From: Batkoa obscura
Lineage: Eukaryota
Assembly: GCA_030770535.1 (NCBI GenBank)
Contig: JASVEC010000002.1
Coordinates: forward strand, 1-64,000
Direction: 5' to 3'
DNA: 64,000 nucleotides
Shown here piece by piece: positions 11,846 through 24,185 of the stretch. The position numbers were made by a program, and so were the translations under genes. Positions within the stretch are counted from its first letter, which is position 1. Every line of letters begins with the position of its first letter. The notes beneath the pieces are model-generated. The model made no database searches. It saw nothing but the letters and a program-made list of their open reading frames with translations, and was not told the origin of the DNA.

Positions 11846-13532
11846 TTCAAGTTCAGATTTAATGATACAATGATGACTTTGATCTGTATTTATACTTTTT
11901 ATGAAGCTCTTTGAATAGTGGTTTGCTATCATAACCCACCTTATCTTTTCATTAGGATAAGAACTTTATTTAGAAAATTAGATATTTAACTAAATTAGAT
12001 ATCCCGGCTTCCTTTGCCCATTTCGATAATAACTTAATATTAAAGCGAGAGTGGTGATTCTTTTATTTGCTGTCTCTAGGAATGATAATCTCATTCGACG
12101 TATAAATAGCAAAAGTCAAGAATAAGTAAAATAACCACTACTAAATCGAATATTACCAAAAGTATAGGGGATAAGAAACTTGACTGTACAAGTATTAACA
12201 AGCTTTTTATGCCCAATTATTCGCATGTTTATCCATTCTAGGTCAGATAGCATCTACCCTTGTATAATAAATGTCATTAATATTGTGGTATAAAATATTC
12301 CTATTATCCTAATGCTTTGTGGAATACTGTAAAGGAATTAATTTGGTCAAATTATAGCTATAGTCATTTGATTGGATAGTTACAATAGGCTAATAAAATC
12401 TCGAAGCACTTATTGTGGTAAAAATGATTATTTTAATAGTTATGAGCAAAGTAATGATAACTGTGTTATTGTTAGTATGTAAGTTTTAATTTTACTAAAT
12501 AAGCTAAAAACACAATATACACCAAGCAGTACAATTAGTAATTAAATACGGACCTCCATTTTAATATACAAGCTTTTTAATTTGGGCGATTTTTGAGAGT
12601 TATAATTTAGGTTGGGCTAGAATTATCTGCAAACTCTCACTTTTTATTATTCCTAATAGCTATCTTTTATGCTATCAAAAATTACCACTATTTGAAATAT
12701 TTGTATAAAGAACCTGTTATAAATAGCAAAATAAATTAGGTAATTGGCTAATCTTACATTAATAAAAATTTAAACCAATAATTTGTATACAATATCACAA
12801 TAAAAAGTAGTGTCCTTGATTTCAATAAATCTGATTTAAAAACCAAAATAACAAAAAGTAAATACCAAATATTGTTGTAAGATTATTGTGGTTTTAAAAA
12901 CTTGTCTGCCATTTATGTGATAATGTTGACCGAAGTATTTTATTTTAACTATTTTATCCTTGGGCTTCTATTTTAAGCTAACCTTATTTCTTTATAAACT
13001 TTAAACCCAAAAGACAACTATTGTATTAAAAAGCTAGAATAAAATGAACCAATCAGGTAAAGCCTTAATATCTTTTTACTGGTACTAAAGCAGAAAAAAG
13101 TATTTACTTCATGCCCAAGTGAGAGCCTCACATTCTACTATGCTGGTTTTACTTTTAGTGATAATAGCCTTTTCATAAATAACTGTGATTTTCTACAAAC
13201 AATAGTAATGATTATTGGTTGTAACATTAAGCTTTATTTTAAAAAGAAATATGAATTTTTTATTAAGGTAAAGCTATCTTTTTTGCAAGCTTATACCTTT
13301 ACCACCTTGGCTTACCGGAAAAGACAGTTGTATAAAGACTTAAAAATTTAGCTCCAACAGCTTTGATAAGAAAAGCCTAAAAAACAAAATAGTCTTTTTC
13401 AAAAAGTCCTAAGCTCTTTTTAAATTAATTCATACATTAAGAATGATTTTTGTTCATATCAACGCTATTTACACAATTTATGAACTTAATTTATCATATA
13501 GATTTGAAGTTTTGTCAAATTTACATAAGCTA

Positions 13533-13632
13533 ATGGGGATCTATTTTTTCGTTTAGGAATTTTGCTAACAATCTTTCCACTCAAATAGCGCTTAAAAACG
13601 GAAAAAGTAATGAAGACAAAAAAACATCCCCT
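13533..13632 (+). mobile_element. MITE-like element, family 1 (orientation A)
   Basis: ATGGGGATC...CTTTCCACTCAAATAGCGCTTAAAA...AAAACATCCCC. Confidence 0.82.
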
Positions 13633-14423
13633 AATAATAAATATATATGAAGTTTTATGAGAATGATTTCTTTAAATAAATTTCTACTTTTTAAGTAGCT
13701 TAAAGCCTTGGAAATTATTAGTTAAACCCTTAAAAAAATATGTTTATATATTTTTTGCTATCTGGATCAACTATTTGATTTTTGTTATATTATCTGCAAC
13801 TTATATCCAAAAACGATGTAAAAACTAATATAGAACCCAAGTTCTTTTAACTTGTTTACTACAAAACCATCAGTAATTTTAATATACATCACTTAGATAT
13901 TAGAATGCTTTTCTGATGTTATTTATTATGAAACTTAAGCAAATAAAAGTATACTAGTATCTATTTTATTTTACATTAAATATCAGTATTAGATTCTTTT
14001 ATATCGGCATTTTTATTTTTACAAGTAACATATAAACTTAGCATAACAAATAATACTTAACTATATTATAATAACCATGCTTTAATTATATATAAAGACG
14101 TGTTTTTATATTTGAGCTTTTAACTATTAAAATCATTACATCTTATTTTTTATAAAACCTTAGCTTTAAGTTTAAGCTTTTTTATTTTTTTATAGAAATT
14201 TATCTATTATTTCAGTTTTTTTCTTAATATTTTAACTACAAATACTTATTAACTTTTTTTATTACCGAAATCCTAGTTTTACTATTTATGATTTATAATA
14301 TCATTTATTTAAATAATAACAATAAACTAAAAATCAAAAAAGCTTATAATAATTTATTAAAAAAACATAGAAAAATATTTAAGTTAGTTTTAAATTTTAA
14401 GTTTATAAGTTTATAAGCCTTTG

Positions 14424-14538
14424 ATATGAAGATATTTTTTTATAAGAATTTTACTAACAATCTTTCCACTCAAATAGTATTTAAAAAAGGAAAAGGATTG
14501 TTAGTAAAATTCTTAAATATAAAAATACATCTGCATAT
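14424..14538. mobile_element. Family-1 MITE derivative: left part joined to an inverted left part
   Basis: ATGAAGATATTTT...AAGAATTTTACTAACAATC...GATTGTTAGTAAAATTCTT...ATACATCTGCAT. Confidence 0.7.
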
Positions 14539-14739
14539 GCTTTATATTAATTTTGTTATATTTTTAAAATAGCTTTATTAAATATTTAATAAACATATAA
14601 TTAGTTCATTTTATTTTTTATTAAAACAAAAATAAAATACAAGCTTTTACAATTAAACTTCAAAATGAAATTTTATGATAGAATGAAATATTGCTTTACC
14701 AGCTTTATAATTGATTATAATATAGAATCATTTAAATTC

Positions 14740-14770
14740 GTGAAATCTGGTACTCAGTGGCTAGAGTCAA
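14740..14770 (-). mobile_element. Fragment of the 3' end of the subtelomeric LTR-like element
   Basis: GTGAAATCTGGTACTCAGTGGCTAGAGTCAA is a 30/31 match to the reverse complement of 1716-1746. Confidence 0.75.
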
Positions 14771-14777
14771 AAGCAAT

Positions 14778-14975
14778 TGGGGGTGTTTTTTTGACTTATC
14801 ACTTTCTCCATCTTTTAAGCACTATTTAAGCGGAAAAATTATTAGTAAAATTCTTATAAAATACATCTCCATATGGGGATGATTTTTTTGATTTCATTAC
14901 TTTTTCCTCCTTTTAAGCGCTATTTCAGCGGAAAATTTGTTAGTAAAATTCTTAAACACAAAAATACATCCCCAT
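14778..14975 (-). mobile_element. Two tandem family-1 MITE copies (orientation B; ~14778-14872 and ~14873-14975)
   Basis: Two consecutive consensus matches joined at ...CATCTCCATATGGGGATG... Confidence 0.82.
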
Positions 14976-15386
14976 ATACTACTATCTTTATCAATTAAAT
15001 TTATTTTAATTATATAAGCTAAAAAATTTTAACTTACAGCCAGTTAATTAAGCAAAAGTTACTTTAATTCTAATTATTAAGTATTGGCCTTTATAGCTTT
15101 GATAAGCATATTTATTGATTAATAAATAACATGTACATTATGTTAATAATTAATAACTATTTTTTTGAATATATATTAAAAACTTAAATATAAAATTCTA
15201 TTAGTAATTTATATAAGTTTTGAAAAAGTACTAATAAAGTTTTAAATTTTTATATTTAGAATTATAATTAAAACTAATAAAGTATTAGTTAAGACAAAAT
15301 AAAAGTTATCATAATCAACAAAAAAACAATAAATCCAAACTTTGTCTTATCATTGCTTTATTTTGACTGTATAAGAAACAAAATAA

Positions 15387-15448
15387 GGGGATGTATTTCT
15401 GTGTTTAAGATTACTAGTAAAATTCTTAAACAAAAAATACATCTCCAT
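15387..15448. mobile_element. Minimal palindromic family-1 derivative (~60 bp)
   Basis: GGGGATGTATTTCTGTGTTTAAGA...TCTTAAACAAAAAATACATCTCC. Confidence 0.7.
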
Positions 15449-15644
15449 AATATAAATTTAAATTATAGATACTTTTTTTGTTCAAAAATAAAACTGAAAT
15501 TTCAATCACAACTAGAGCTGATAAAAGTAATAATCCTCAACAATTCAACTTTTTGCATGAAAATTATATTGAACAATTTAGAAAATAGATTAATAATTTA
15601 AAATTATAGTAAAAAATTAAGAATCATTTAGTTAAAAGGGTCCT

Positions 15645-17562
15645 TTAATGTTTTATGATAGATACTTTGATGGGTTCAGCAGGCTGGGTAGTAATGAAGC
15701 TTTTACGATCAATTGGTCTACTACTTTCTCTTTTGAAAGTAAAATTACGAATCAAAGTTGCGCTAACTAAATACAACTCCATCCAAGCCAATCTAATAAT
15801 TTTAAAAATAGTCGTTAATTTTGTAAATAACACTTACTGCCTACCAATACAGCCTCTAGGCCCCATTGAAAACGGCATGAAGTTCGAGTTATTTTTAAAT
15901 TTCCCATTTTTTAACCATCTTTTAGGATTAAAGGCTTCTGGATCTTTCCACACAATAGATAAATTGTGTAATGCATTAATATTTGTTCCAACAGTACACT
16001 AAAGATAATTATTAGTTAATTTTAAAAACAACATATGCTTTTACTCCTTCTGGAATATAGTACTCATCTATTATTTTCCCCCCTTTCGGCACAAGCCTTG
16101 TTGGAGTACCACCAATTGCCGGTACTATTCTTAAACCTTCATGTATCACAGCATTAAGATAGTGGCATTCCAATTTACATATGTTATAAGTAATTGTTTG
16201 TTTATTTGGGAATATTTTCAGCATTTCGTCCTTAACATTTTGATATATTTCTGGATGATTAGATAGTAAATAAAATATCCTATTTTTCTTAAATACTTAT
16301 TTAACTGTTCCTTTATAAAGATTACCATGTAAGTGAATGTGAAGTAGTATCTGTTCCGGCAGCACTTAAAATATTTATATTAAAAGAGTTGTATACATAT
16401 ATATATAATTACAGTTGGAGGATCGATTCCTCAGCTAACTCTTTCTCGTTTAATTTTTTCCCAGTTTCTGGATCTGCTGCTTCAATTAAGGCACCCAAAA
16501 TAGTAGTTTTACCAGGGTTGCTTCTAGTGTTTCTTATAGCATCATAAGAGAACTGAATTTGTTAGCTAAAAGTCAAGAATGCTATTATTAATTGATACCT
16601 CATATAGTTTTTTAACAGTCTTAAATTGATAATACTTCATAAATGGAAACGTAAATACCTGTTATTTTATAAATATCATATTTAAATAAAAAATAAGTGA
16701 TATACTAAAGCTCCTATTTTGCTCAAATCTTTTACCCAATCTACTATTGGGTGATGGCCATCCTTTAACATGTTGAATGACTTCCCAAACGCTAAATCTC
16801 CAATTACATCCTATAACATATATTATAATGCCTAGGTAATTTGACAAGTAACTTACAAAAGCAAAGTAATGAAAATAAAGTCCAAAGTCTAACTTTTGGT
16901 CCTGAGTTACAAATTCATTAATTTTACTCACAAAATTATCTAGGTTTTTTTTGACCAAATATTCTACACTTCCTATTACTTTATCTGAGAAACAAGGGGC
17001 AATGATTTTTTTCTATATATTTTTAATAGTTCTTTTAGCTATTCAATAAAATTACTCTTTGACGATGAAAATCTTTATTTCTAGAAACGTTAATAAATAT
17101 TATTATTATTAAGTTATTTAATACCTTGTACTAAAAGTAGTCTCTCCTACTACTGAAAGGATCTCATAGATGTTACTCTTTTGGTAACCATAAGTTGCAT
17201 ATAACTCTTTTGCTGCTGATTCAGAAGAAAACGAAACTTGGTTCCAGCCTAAGTTAGATTAAGTCACTATATCTACTATATTTTTAAATACTTACTTAAT
17301 CTTACGACGTTTCCATATTTATTATGCATATCAAGACAGTATTCAGGATAAGTACCACCTAGCAAATAAGCATCGTGTATAATAGGGAATATCAAGTTTA
17401 TTAGCGGACCAGGTACTTTTTTCAATGGACTAACGTATATATTATATAACATCTTTAAAGATTAAATCAATCAAAAAAACTAATTCAGCCAACTACCTTA
17501 TAAACGTAATAAACGAAAAGCAATGTAAATATATACCATAGTATTAGAGTAAAAGTAAACAT
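15645..17562 (-). CDS. Cytochrome P450 (CYP53-clan-like), about 12 exons
   Basis: N-terminal anchor plus PLKKVPGP, MHNKYGNVVR, I-helix AGTDTT, EGLR (ExxR), PKRW and the heme motif FMPFSMGPRGCIGR. About 11 short GT-AG introns. Confidence 0.9.
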
Positions 17563-18540
17563 TTTTAAATCAGTAATTGATCTTCTTTACTCGTTTTATA
17601 CTTGATTTTAAGTCATATTATGATACTTGCTTAAAATTGCCTTTGTTTGGGGCTAAATTTATTTATGATTATTCCTTATGGTTACAGTGATGATTATAGA
17701 ATTAATACTTAAGGGCTTACATAATCAAAAATATCATAATAAAAATATCATATCAGATTTGAATGTATCAAATACGTATATCCTAATGTACAATCTATTA
17801 TCTCATATCAATACTTTATACAATCAAATATATATTGTACTGTTATTTACAATAAACTAAACTTTAAGCTATTTTGTATTAGTTAGAAGTCTAACCTTTT
17901 TAGAAAATGTCCCAATTTACTATAATGTTCATGAACCTTAAAATTCAAACTGCGCACTAAATTTTCAGTTTTTGCCATATACCTATTAATGTTATGGTTT
18001 ATTTTCATTTCTTAACAAACACTATCTTACGCACATATTCCTTTTTAGGGATATTGTGGTTTGATTCATATAATATTATATATAGTTTTGACAGAAACTT
18101 TTCTGTAAATAGTATCTTAATTATTATATTTTTAGATAAAGATGGCTACTGTAAACCCTTTAAATCTTAAACTAAATTGGTTATCTTATTTTTATTTTAG
18201 TGGATTTTATTTTTATATAATATATTGAATATAACAACTAACAATTTGAACTAACTTTACTTCCTTTTATTTGCTTCTTTAAAAGTATAGTTTAGTATAA
18301 CAAGCTTTTAAAAATAGGATTGATTGAAATAAAGCCAAAAGCTGCAAAATTTTAAACCGAAACGCACTACCTTAAAGCCAAATCCAAATAAACTTTCATA
18401 ATTCTTTATTATGCTTAAAGTTATGCTTAAAAAAACAAAAATACTCTCAAAAATAGCAACTTTACAGATGCTATTATTTGAAATTAATAACGTATTTGGT
18501 ATCTACCGGTTTGTAAGTTGGCTTTAATTAAATATCAAAA

Positions 18541-18740
18541 TAATGATGTTTGGGTTTATATTAGGTCGTCCTCTATGTTTTAAGTACCTTCGTTTAAGTC
18601 TATTATTCATTTTTTACTTGAATCTAAAAATATAAGATTACATATAATTCTTTTAAGTTCAGGTAAAAAAAATTTGCAACACCTTAAATGAAGGTGCCTA
18701 AAACATAGAGAACAACCTAATATAGACCTGAACATCATTA
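18541..18740. mobile_element. 200-bp foldback / MITE-like hairpin (family 2)
   Basis: 18541-18598 pairs with 18683-18740 as an imperfect inverted repeat (TAATGATGTT...AACATCATTA). Weaker pairing continues toward the centre. Confidence 0.75.
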
Positions 18741-19261
18741 ATTCTTATAATAATGCAATGTGTAGTTATTTTAAAAATTATTAAGATTGAAAACATTAAA
18801 AATTGATAATATACTATATACTCTGTTAAACTATTTGATATTTCATTATTTGATTAAATTTGTCCTAAAACCTTGAAAAAAAGCCTTGTTAAATAATAAA
18901 TACTAGCTAAAAACTTGGTTTATTGAATATCAAACTACTTTTTAAAACATAATGTAAAAAATAAAGTATACAGCTTCCAATAGCAAAGTTTAATAATAGA
19001 ATAAAATCATTAATTATTTTATTTTCTATATCGCATTACAGATTCAGAAACCTGTCTGGATTTTTCTTCTAATAATATATGTAAATTAAATGTCCTATCT
19101 AAAGCTAAAAAATTACCATGTTATTAATTATAGCTTTTTAATAAATACACTTTAATTTTTGTTTAATCCATTCCCCTAGTTAAGTACTATATTTACAGTA
19201 GATTGTTGATATACGTATAATTTATTGAGATGTTCTAAATAAATAAATGAAATATAAAAAT

Positions 19262-20094
19262 TCATATGTTAAGCTTGATTTCTCGCTCTTTTAATATTTT
19301 AAGTTTAATATCAAGTTGTTTGAAATATTCCTCAAGTTGATGAACTTCATTCAGTTTGATTCTAATAGCTTCGTTATGCTTTTTTGTTAAATCCAAATTA
19401 TTTTTAACTATATAATCGATTTTGTCTGCTTTATCACTATTTTCTATATCATCTTTCAAATGATAAATAATCCTATCATCCAACTTCTTTAGAACGTTTA
19501 AGTCCTTAATCCTGTTTTGAGTTGTCTTCACCTCATTTTTAATTATGATAATTTGACTTTCCATATTTTTAATCAAAGCTAATTTTTTATCTTTATCCAT
19601 TTCTAATTCTACATTTTTTGATTTTATTTCTGCTTCTCTATGCCTTCTACGCACCCTACAATTATGGGATGCTTCTCTATTTTTACGCTTCCTTTCCTCT
19701 TCCTTTTTTTTGGCGTCTACCTTCGATTCACTATTCCGTGAAGTAGGTACGTTTGTAAAGGTGTTTTTAAAATATTCTCTTAATGGGTTACTTTCTATAT
19801 CCTTTAATAAATTAATACAAAGTCACTTTAAATGTGTCTTATAGTAATGACTACCTTGATTGTGTTGCTAAATATTGATCTAGGGTATGCTTTTTCTTTA
19901 TTAACTCCAACTAAAGATATATTGTTTTCTTGCGTTACTTCATTATTATTTGCGCTCTCTATCTGAAGTTCCTTTTGGTTTGACTTTTTTCGACTAAATT
20001 CTTTCCTTTTTTCATCCAATTTATCTTTGTTGACTTCTTGATTTGAGTTTAGAAGCGATTTTATTGTATATCTTTGTGGTATTCTATCATTCAT
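19262..20094 (-). CDS. bZIP transcription factor-like protein; 2 exons
   Basis: Splicing 20094-19855 to 19801-19262 in frame gives ERKRKNREASHNCRVRRRHRE (N-x7-R basic region) followed by a long coiled coil. Confidence 0.75.
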
Positions 20095-22000
20095 TTTAAT
20101 ATCTGTAATTTAAAAACAAACTAAAAATTTTATATTGATTGTTTTATATAGAATAGTAAACGCCTCTTTATTTAGTAACAATTATAGTGGCGAGTTCAGA
20201 GCTTTGGTATTAACTTAAACAACTAAAAAGCCATAAATATGATGTAAAATATTCGACTCAGACTAAAGTTAAGTTTTCAGTGTTAGACTGATTAATAAAG
20301 CGTGAAAATGATTTATAAACAAGAAAATATCAAAATTTGGCTTGGTAGCAGAACTATATTATTGTAAGGTGTTTCCGGAATGCACCTTATTTATAAAAAA
20401 ACAAAAGTTACCCATTATCAATAATAACAATCTATTTTGTTACTTTTACTTTACGTATAGAAGTTATTTAATATATTATTAGGAGATATCTTAATTATAA
20501 GTCACTTCCTTTATTTATGCATAGAATATGATGTCATTTTAATTTGATTCTAGGACTTGGAAAGGAAATCGTAAAATAAATTTTATCTATCATCTGCTAT
20601 ATAAAAGCTATAGTAAACCACTTGAAAAGCTGTTTAGAACCGCGACAAATACTATAATTACTCTGTTTTTATCTTATTCTATTATGATGGTTATGTAAAA
20701 CAAATTTTATTGCAATGAATAGAAAAAATATTCTGAAATTCCTGAACTACAGTTCACAATAACAGCGGTGTTTAAATACTAATTAATTATTAAAAAAGGG
20801 AATAGCACTTATAAAGATATAAAGTAATACGATAGGCTGATACAATCTGTATGTTAAAATTCTTTCACAAAGACTTAAGCTGAGTTGGCTAAATAAATGG
20901 TGCTACTTTATTTTAATATATTCTTGTATAAAGTTTTTTCATATTTTCTATAGAAAAAATATATTAAATAATACAGTATGCAAAGCATGAAATTGACTTT
21001 ATTTCTAAATTAAGATCGTGCCTTACTATATTTACTATCCAAATTGTATTTGTTGCAATATTTGATGACATTTTACTAAAATAAAACATATGTCCGATAG
21101 GATAAATATATAGGCACTTCCATAGCGTGCAGGTTTTATAAGGCTTTTTTTTGTTTTTTTCAACTATAAATGCGCTTTGAGACTAAAATGGATATTTTTT
21201 CCAATTATAACCCACATATCATAAAACGGATGTTATTTATTTGAGTAATTTACATTATTTTCATTGTTCTCTCTGACTTTGATTGAATGATATAAGATGC
21301 TTTATTCAAGGGTTAAAAATTAATAGTTAAAATAGTATTTATATTGCTTTTAAAAATTAATTATAAATAAACTTATTGTCTTAAATTAATAATTATTGAC
21401 TAAAAGCAAAAGATTTATACAGCAATTAGTAGAAAGTTTCAAAGCCTTAGAAAGCATACAAAAAATTCCCATGCTAAAAATGTTAAATTCTAACCCATAG
21501 ACTATAAGATTTGGTCAAAATTTTAAAATGTATTGATTTAACTCAAATGAATTAACGATCTTAATTTAAACTTTTAGTCTATACAAAAAATTAATATAGT
21601 AAATTATTAACCTTTATTTATTAATATTGCATCTTAGTTTAAGATTTAAATTAAAACCCTCTATATAATACTAAGCGCTTTTAGGACACAAACTATATTA
21701 ATAAAAAATAATCAAAAAAATGGGCAATATAAATTTGTGGATAAATTACTTTTTGAAATGAAGGCAAAAATATTTTCTTAAAATTAATTAGTTTTTAAAT
21801 TTTGCAATCCAAATCGAATTTATTTTTAATACTTCATATAATGTGAAACTATTTAAAAATTTTTTTATCTTAAATAACCACTTTAGTCAAATTAAGTTGA
21901 AAAAGGCGGATTAACCGATAAAAACGAAAAACATAGAATATTATAAATACTGATAGAATATTCAAGGTGCATTTTATTACCTATTATTTTTCTTGAAATA

Positions 22001-22100
22001 TTGGGATGTTTTTTGGTTTCATTATTTTTTCCATTTTTAAGCACTATTTCAGTGGAAATTTTTTTTAGTAAAATTCTTAAACACAAGAATACATCCTCAT
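22001..22100 (-). mobile_element. MITE-like element, family 1 (orientation B)
   Basis: TTGGGATGTTTTTTGG...TTAGTAAAATTCTTAAAC...ATACATCCTCAT. Confidence 0.8.
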
Positions 22101-22244
22101 ATATTTTTTTGTCACTTAGCCTGTAAAACTAAGTTAACTATTAGCCAATCAAAAGCCCTATTTATTAAGCATTCGATGTTTTTATTTTTAAAATTAAATA
22201 TTGTTTTCAGTTATCAATAGTATTATCTTACAATTTTAGAGGTT

Positions 22245-23143
22245 ATGAATTTAATAAGAAAAGGCTTCAGTGCGATAAAAAACATAAAACCAACACGTTC
22301 ATTTAAAGTGAATTATGCAACTCTTCCAAATGATCAAGGACAAAAGGTTAAAAATTCAATTGGAGTAAGAATTCATTAAATTTAAAGTTGAAAATATAAT
22401 TTGAAAAGCCAGTTAGTTTAACGTCTTTAGGTCTGTTTTTGGCTACTGGTGCTGGGTTGTATTATTACTTAGGTCAAGAAAAGCAAAAAGTTGAAATTGA
22501 AAGAGGCCAAAGAATAAAGAGGGAAAATGAAAAAAGTTTTGGCAAACCTAAACTTGGTGGAAACTTTGAATTAACGGATCATTTTGGGAATAAATTTAAT
22601 CAAGATAACCTTTTGAATAAATATTCAATTATTTACTTTGGATTCACCCACTGTCCTGACATTTGCCCAGATGAGTTGGATAAAATGTCCGAAATCGTTG
22701 AAGCAGTTGGTATTATTATTTAATATTTATTTTATTTATTTATTATTTTTGTTTACTAGAGAATGATTCTTCATTAAAAAACAAGCTTACTCCAATATTT
22801 ATTACCTGTGATCCATTGAGAGATAGTCCAGAAGTTATCAAAGAATATTTAAACGGTAAATCATTGTATTTTATATTCAAACTCAATTTACATATTAGAT
22901 TTCCATCCTAAATTTATTGGGCTTACTGGAACAATTGATGATATTGCCAAGACGTGTAAGGCATATCGAGTATATTATTCTAAGCCTCCAAAAGTAAACC
23001 CTGGTGAGGATTACTTAGTAGATCATTCAATCTTTTTTTATTTGATGGATCCAAATGGACAATTCGTAGATTGTTATGGTAAAGATAAAACTGCTGAACA
23101 AGCTTTCTATTCTATTAAAGGATATTTGAGTGAAAATCTATAA
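22245..23143 (+). CDS. SCO1: Mitochondrial copper chaperone SCO1/SCO2; 4 exons
   Basis: GKPKLGGNFELTDH, YFGFTHCPDICPDELDK, FITCDPLRD and DYLVDHSIFFYLMDP. Has a presequence and one TM helix. Confidence 0.96.
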
Positions 23144-23245
23144 TATAGATCATTAAAATTAAATATATATGAACATGCTTTTAAAGTTATAAGTTGATCA
23201 ATTTTTAAGCCTAAAGAATAGTATTATAGCTGAAAGGAAAGAAAT

Positions 23246-23339
23246 AGGGTGTTCTTTGATTTCATTATTTTTTCCATCTTTTAAGCACTATCTGGGTGGG
23301 AAAACTGTTAGTAAAATTCTTAAACACAATACATCCTCA
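23246..23339 (-). mobile_element. MITE-like element, family 1 (orientation B)
   Basis: AGGGTGTTCTTTGATTTCATT...GTTAGTAAAATTCTTAAACACAATACATCCTCA. Confidence 0.75.
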
Positions 23340-24185
23340 AATATTTTATAATTTTTAAATCATAATAGTTTAAAATTTCACTTGTAAACATTATGTTTTC
23401 TAACCTTGATTTATTTGTCTTATAAAACATATTCTAAAACAATTATATACTTTACTACTTTAGATTATCATAGTTTTTTAAAGTTGATTGTTATATTAAT
23501 AGCTCATAATAAATCCAAATTCAAGCTACACCTATTAAGTTATGTTTAATATTTCGGCATTTTTAACTTTAAAAGTTAAATAGTGGCAGGGTAGGATATT
23601 ATATCATTTTGTTTGAGCAAAGTAAGTATAATTCATATTTAATTTATCCTTAAGATAATAACAAATAACATTGAGCTTTATTGTGATTGAGTCTGTCATA
23701 TTGAATCCTTTTCATGCCCCTTAAAGCTTGAAATTTATTAAATATGTTAAATCATGTTAACTCAAAATGTTGAATTATCAATGAAAAGGAAGAAAATTGA
23801 CAAGTATTAGATTTGTTAAATTAATCATTTAACTAAATATTATTTATAATCTAATTTAGTTAAAACTAAAAATCACTATAAAATAATCTATAAGAAATCA
23901 ATTGAAGGAGTAAAAGGGATAAATGAATGTAAATTAAATAAATAAAAGTTTATTATTATAAACATAGTTAACTCCTAAAATTAATGATTGGGTGCTTTGA
24001 ATATAACCAAAAAATGTTAAGAAAATTAAACCAATATTTAAAAACCCGGTTTAAACTACCCCCTCACCCCATAATTACTAACCTTATTTAGCAGCTTTAA
24101 ATTTAAAAGGAGACAGTAAAGCAATAATATTAAAATGATATTGATCATAAAAATACATTCGTTTTTTTCAATTCTATTTATCACC

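Noticed and set aside
12000..13440. Possible degenerate retroelement or transposase relic in a long gene-free stretch
   Set aside because: I could not recover RT, integrase or transposase motifs by eye. A translated search against TE libraries would be needed.
9708..17562. Secondary-metabolite cluster around the P450
   Set aside because: There is no backbone synthase or other tailoring gene nearby, so the P450 stands alone.
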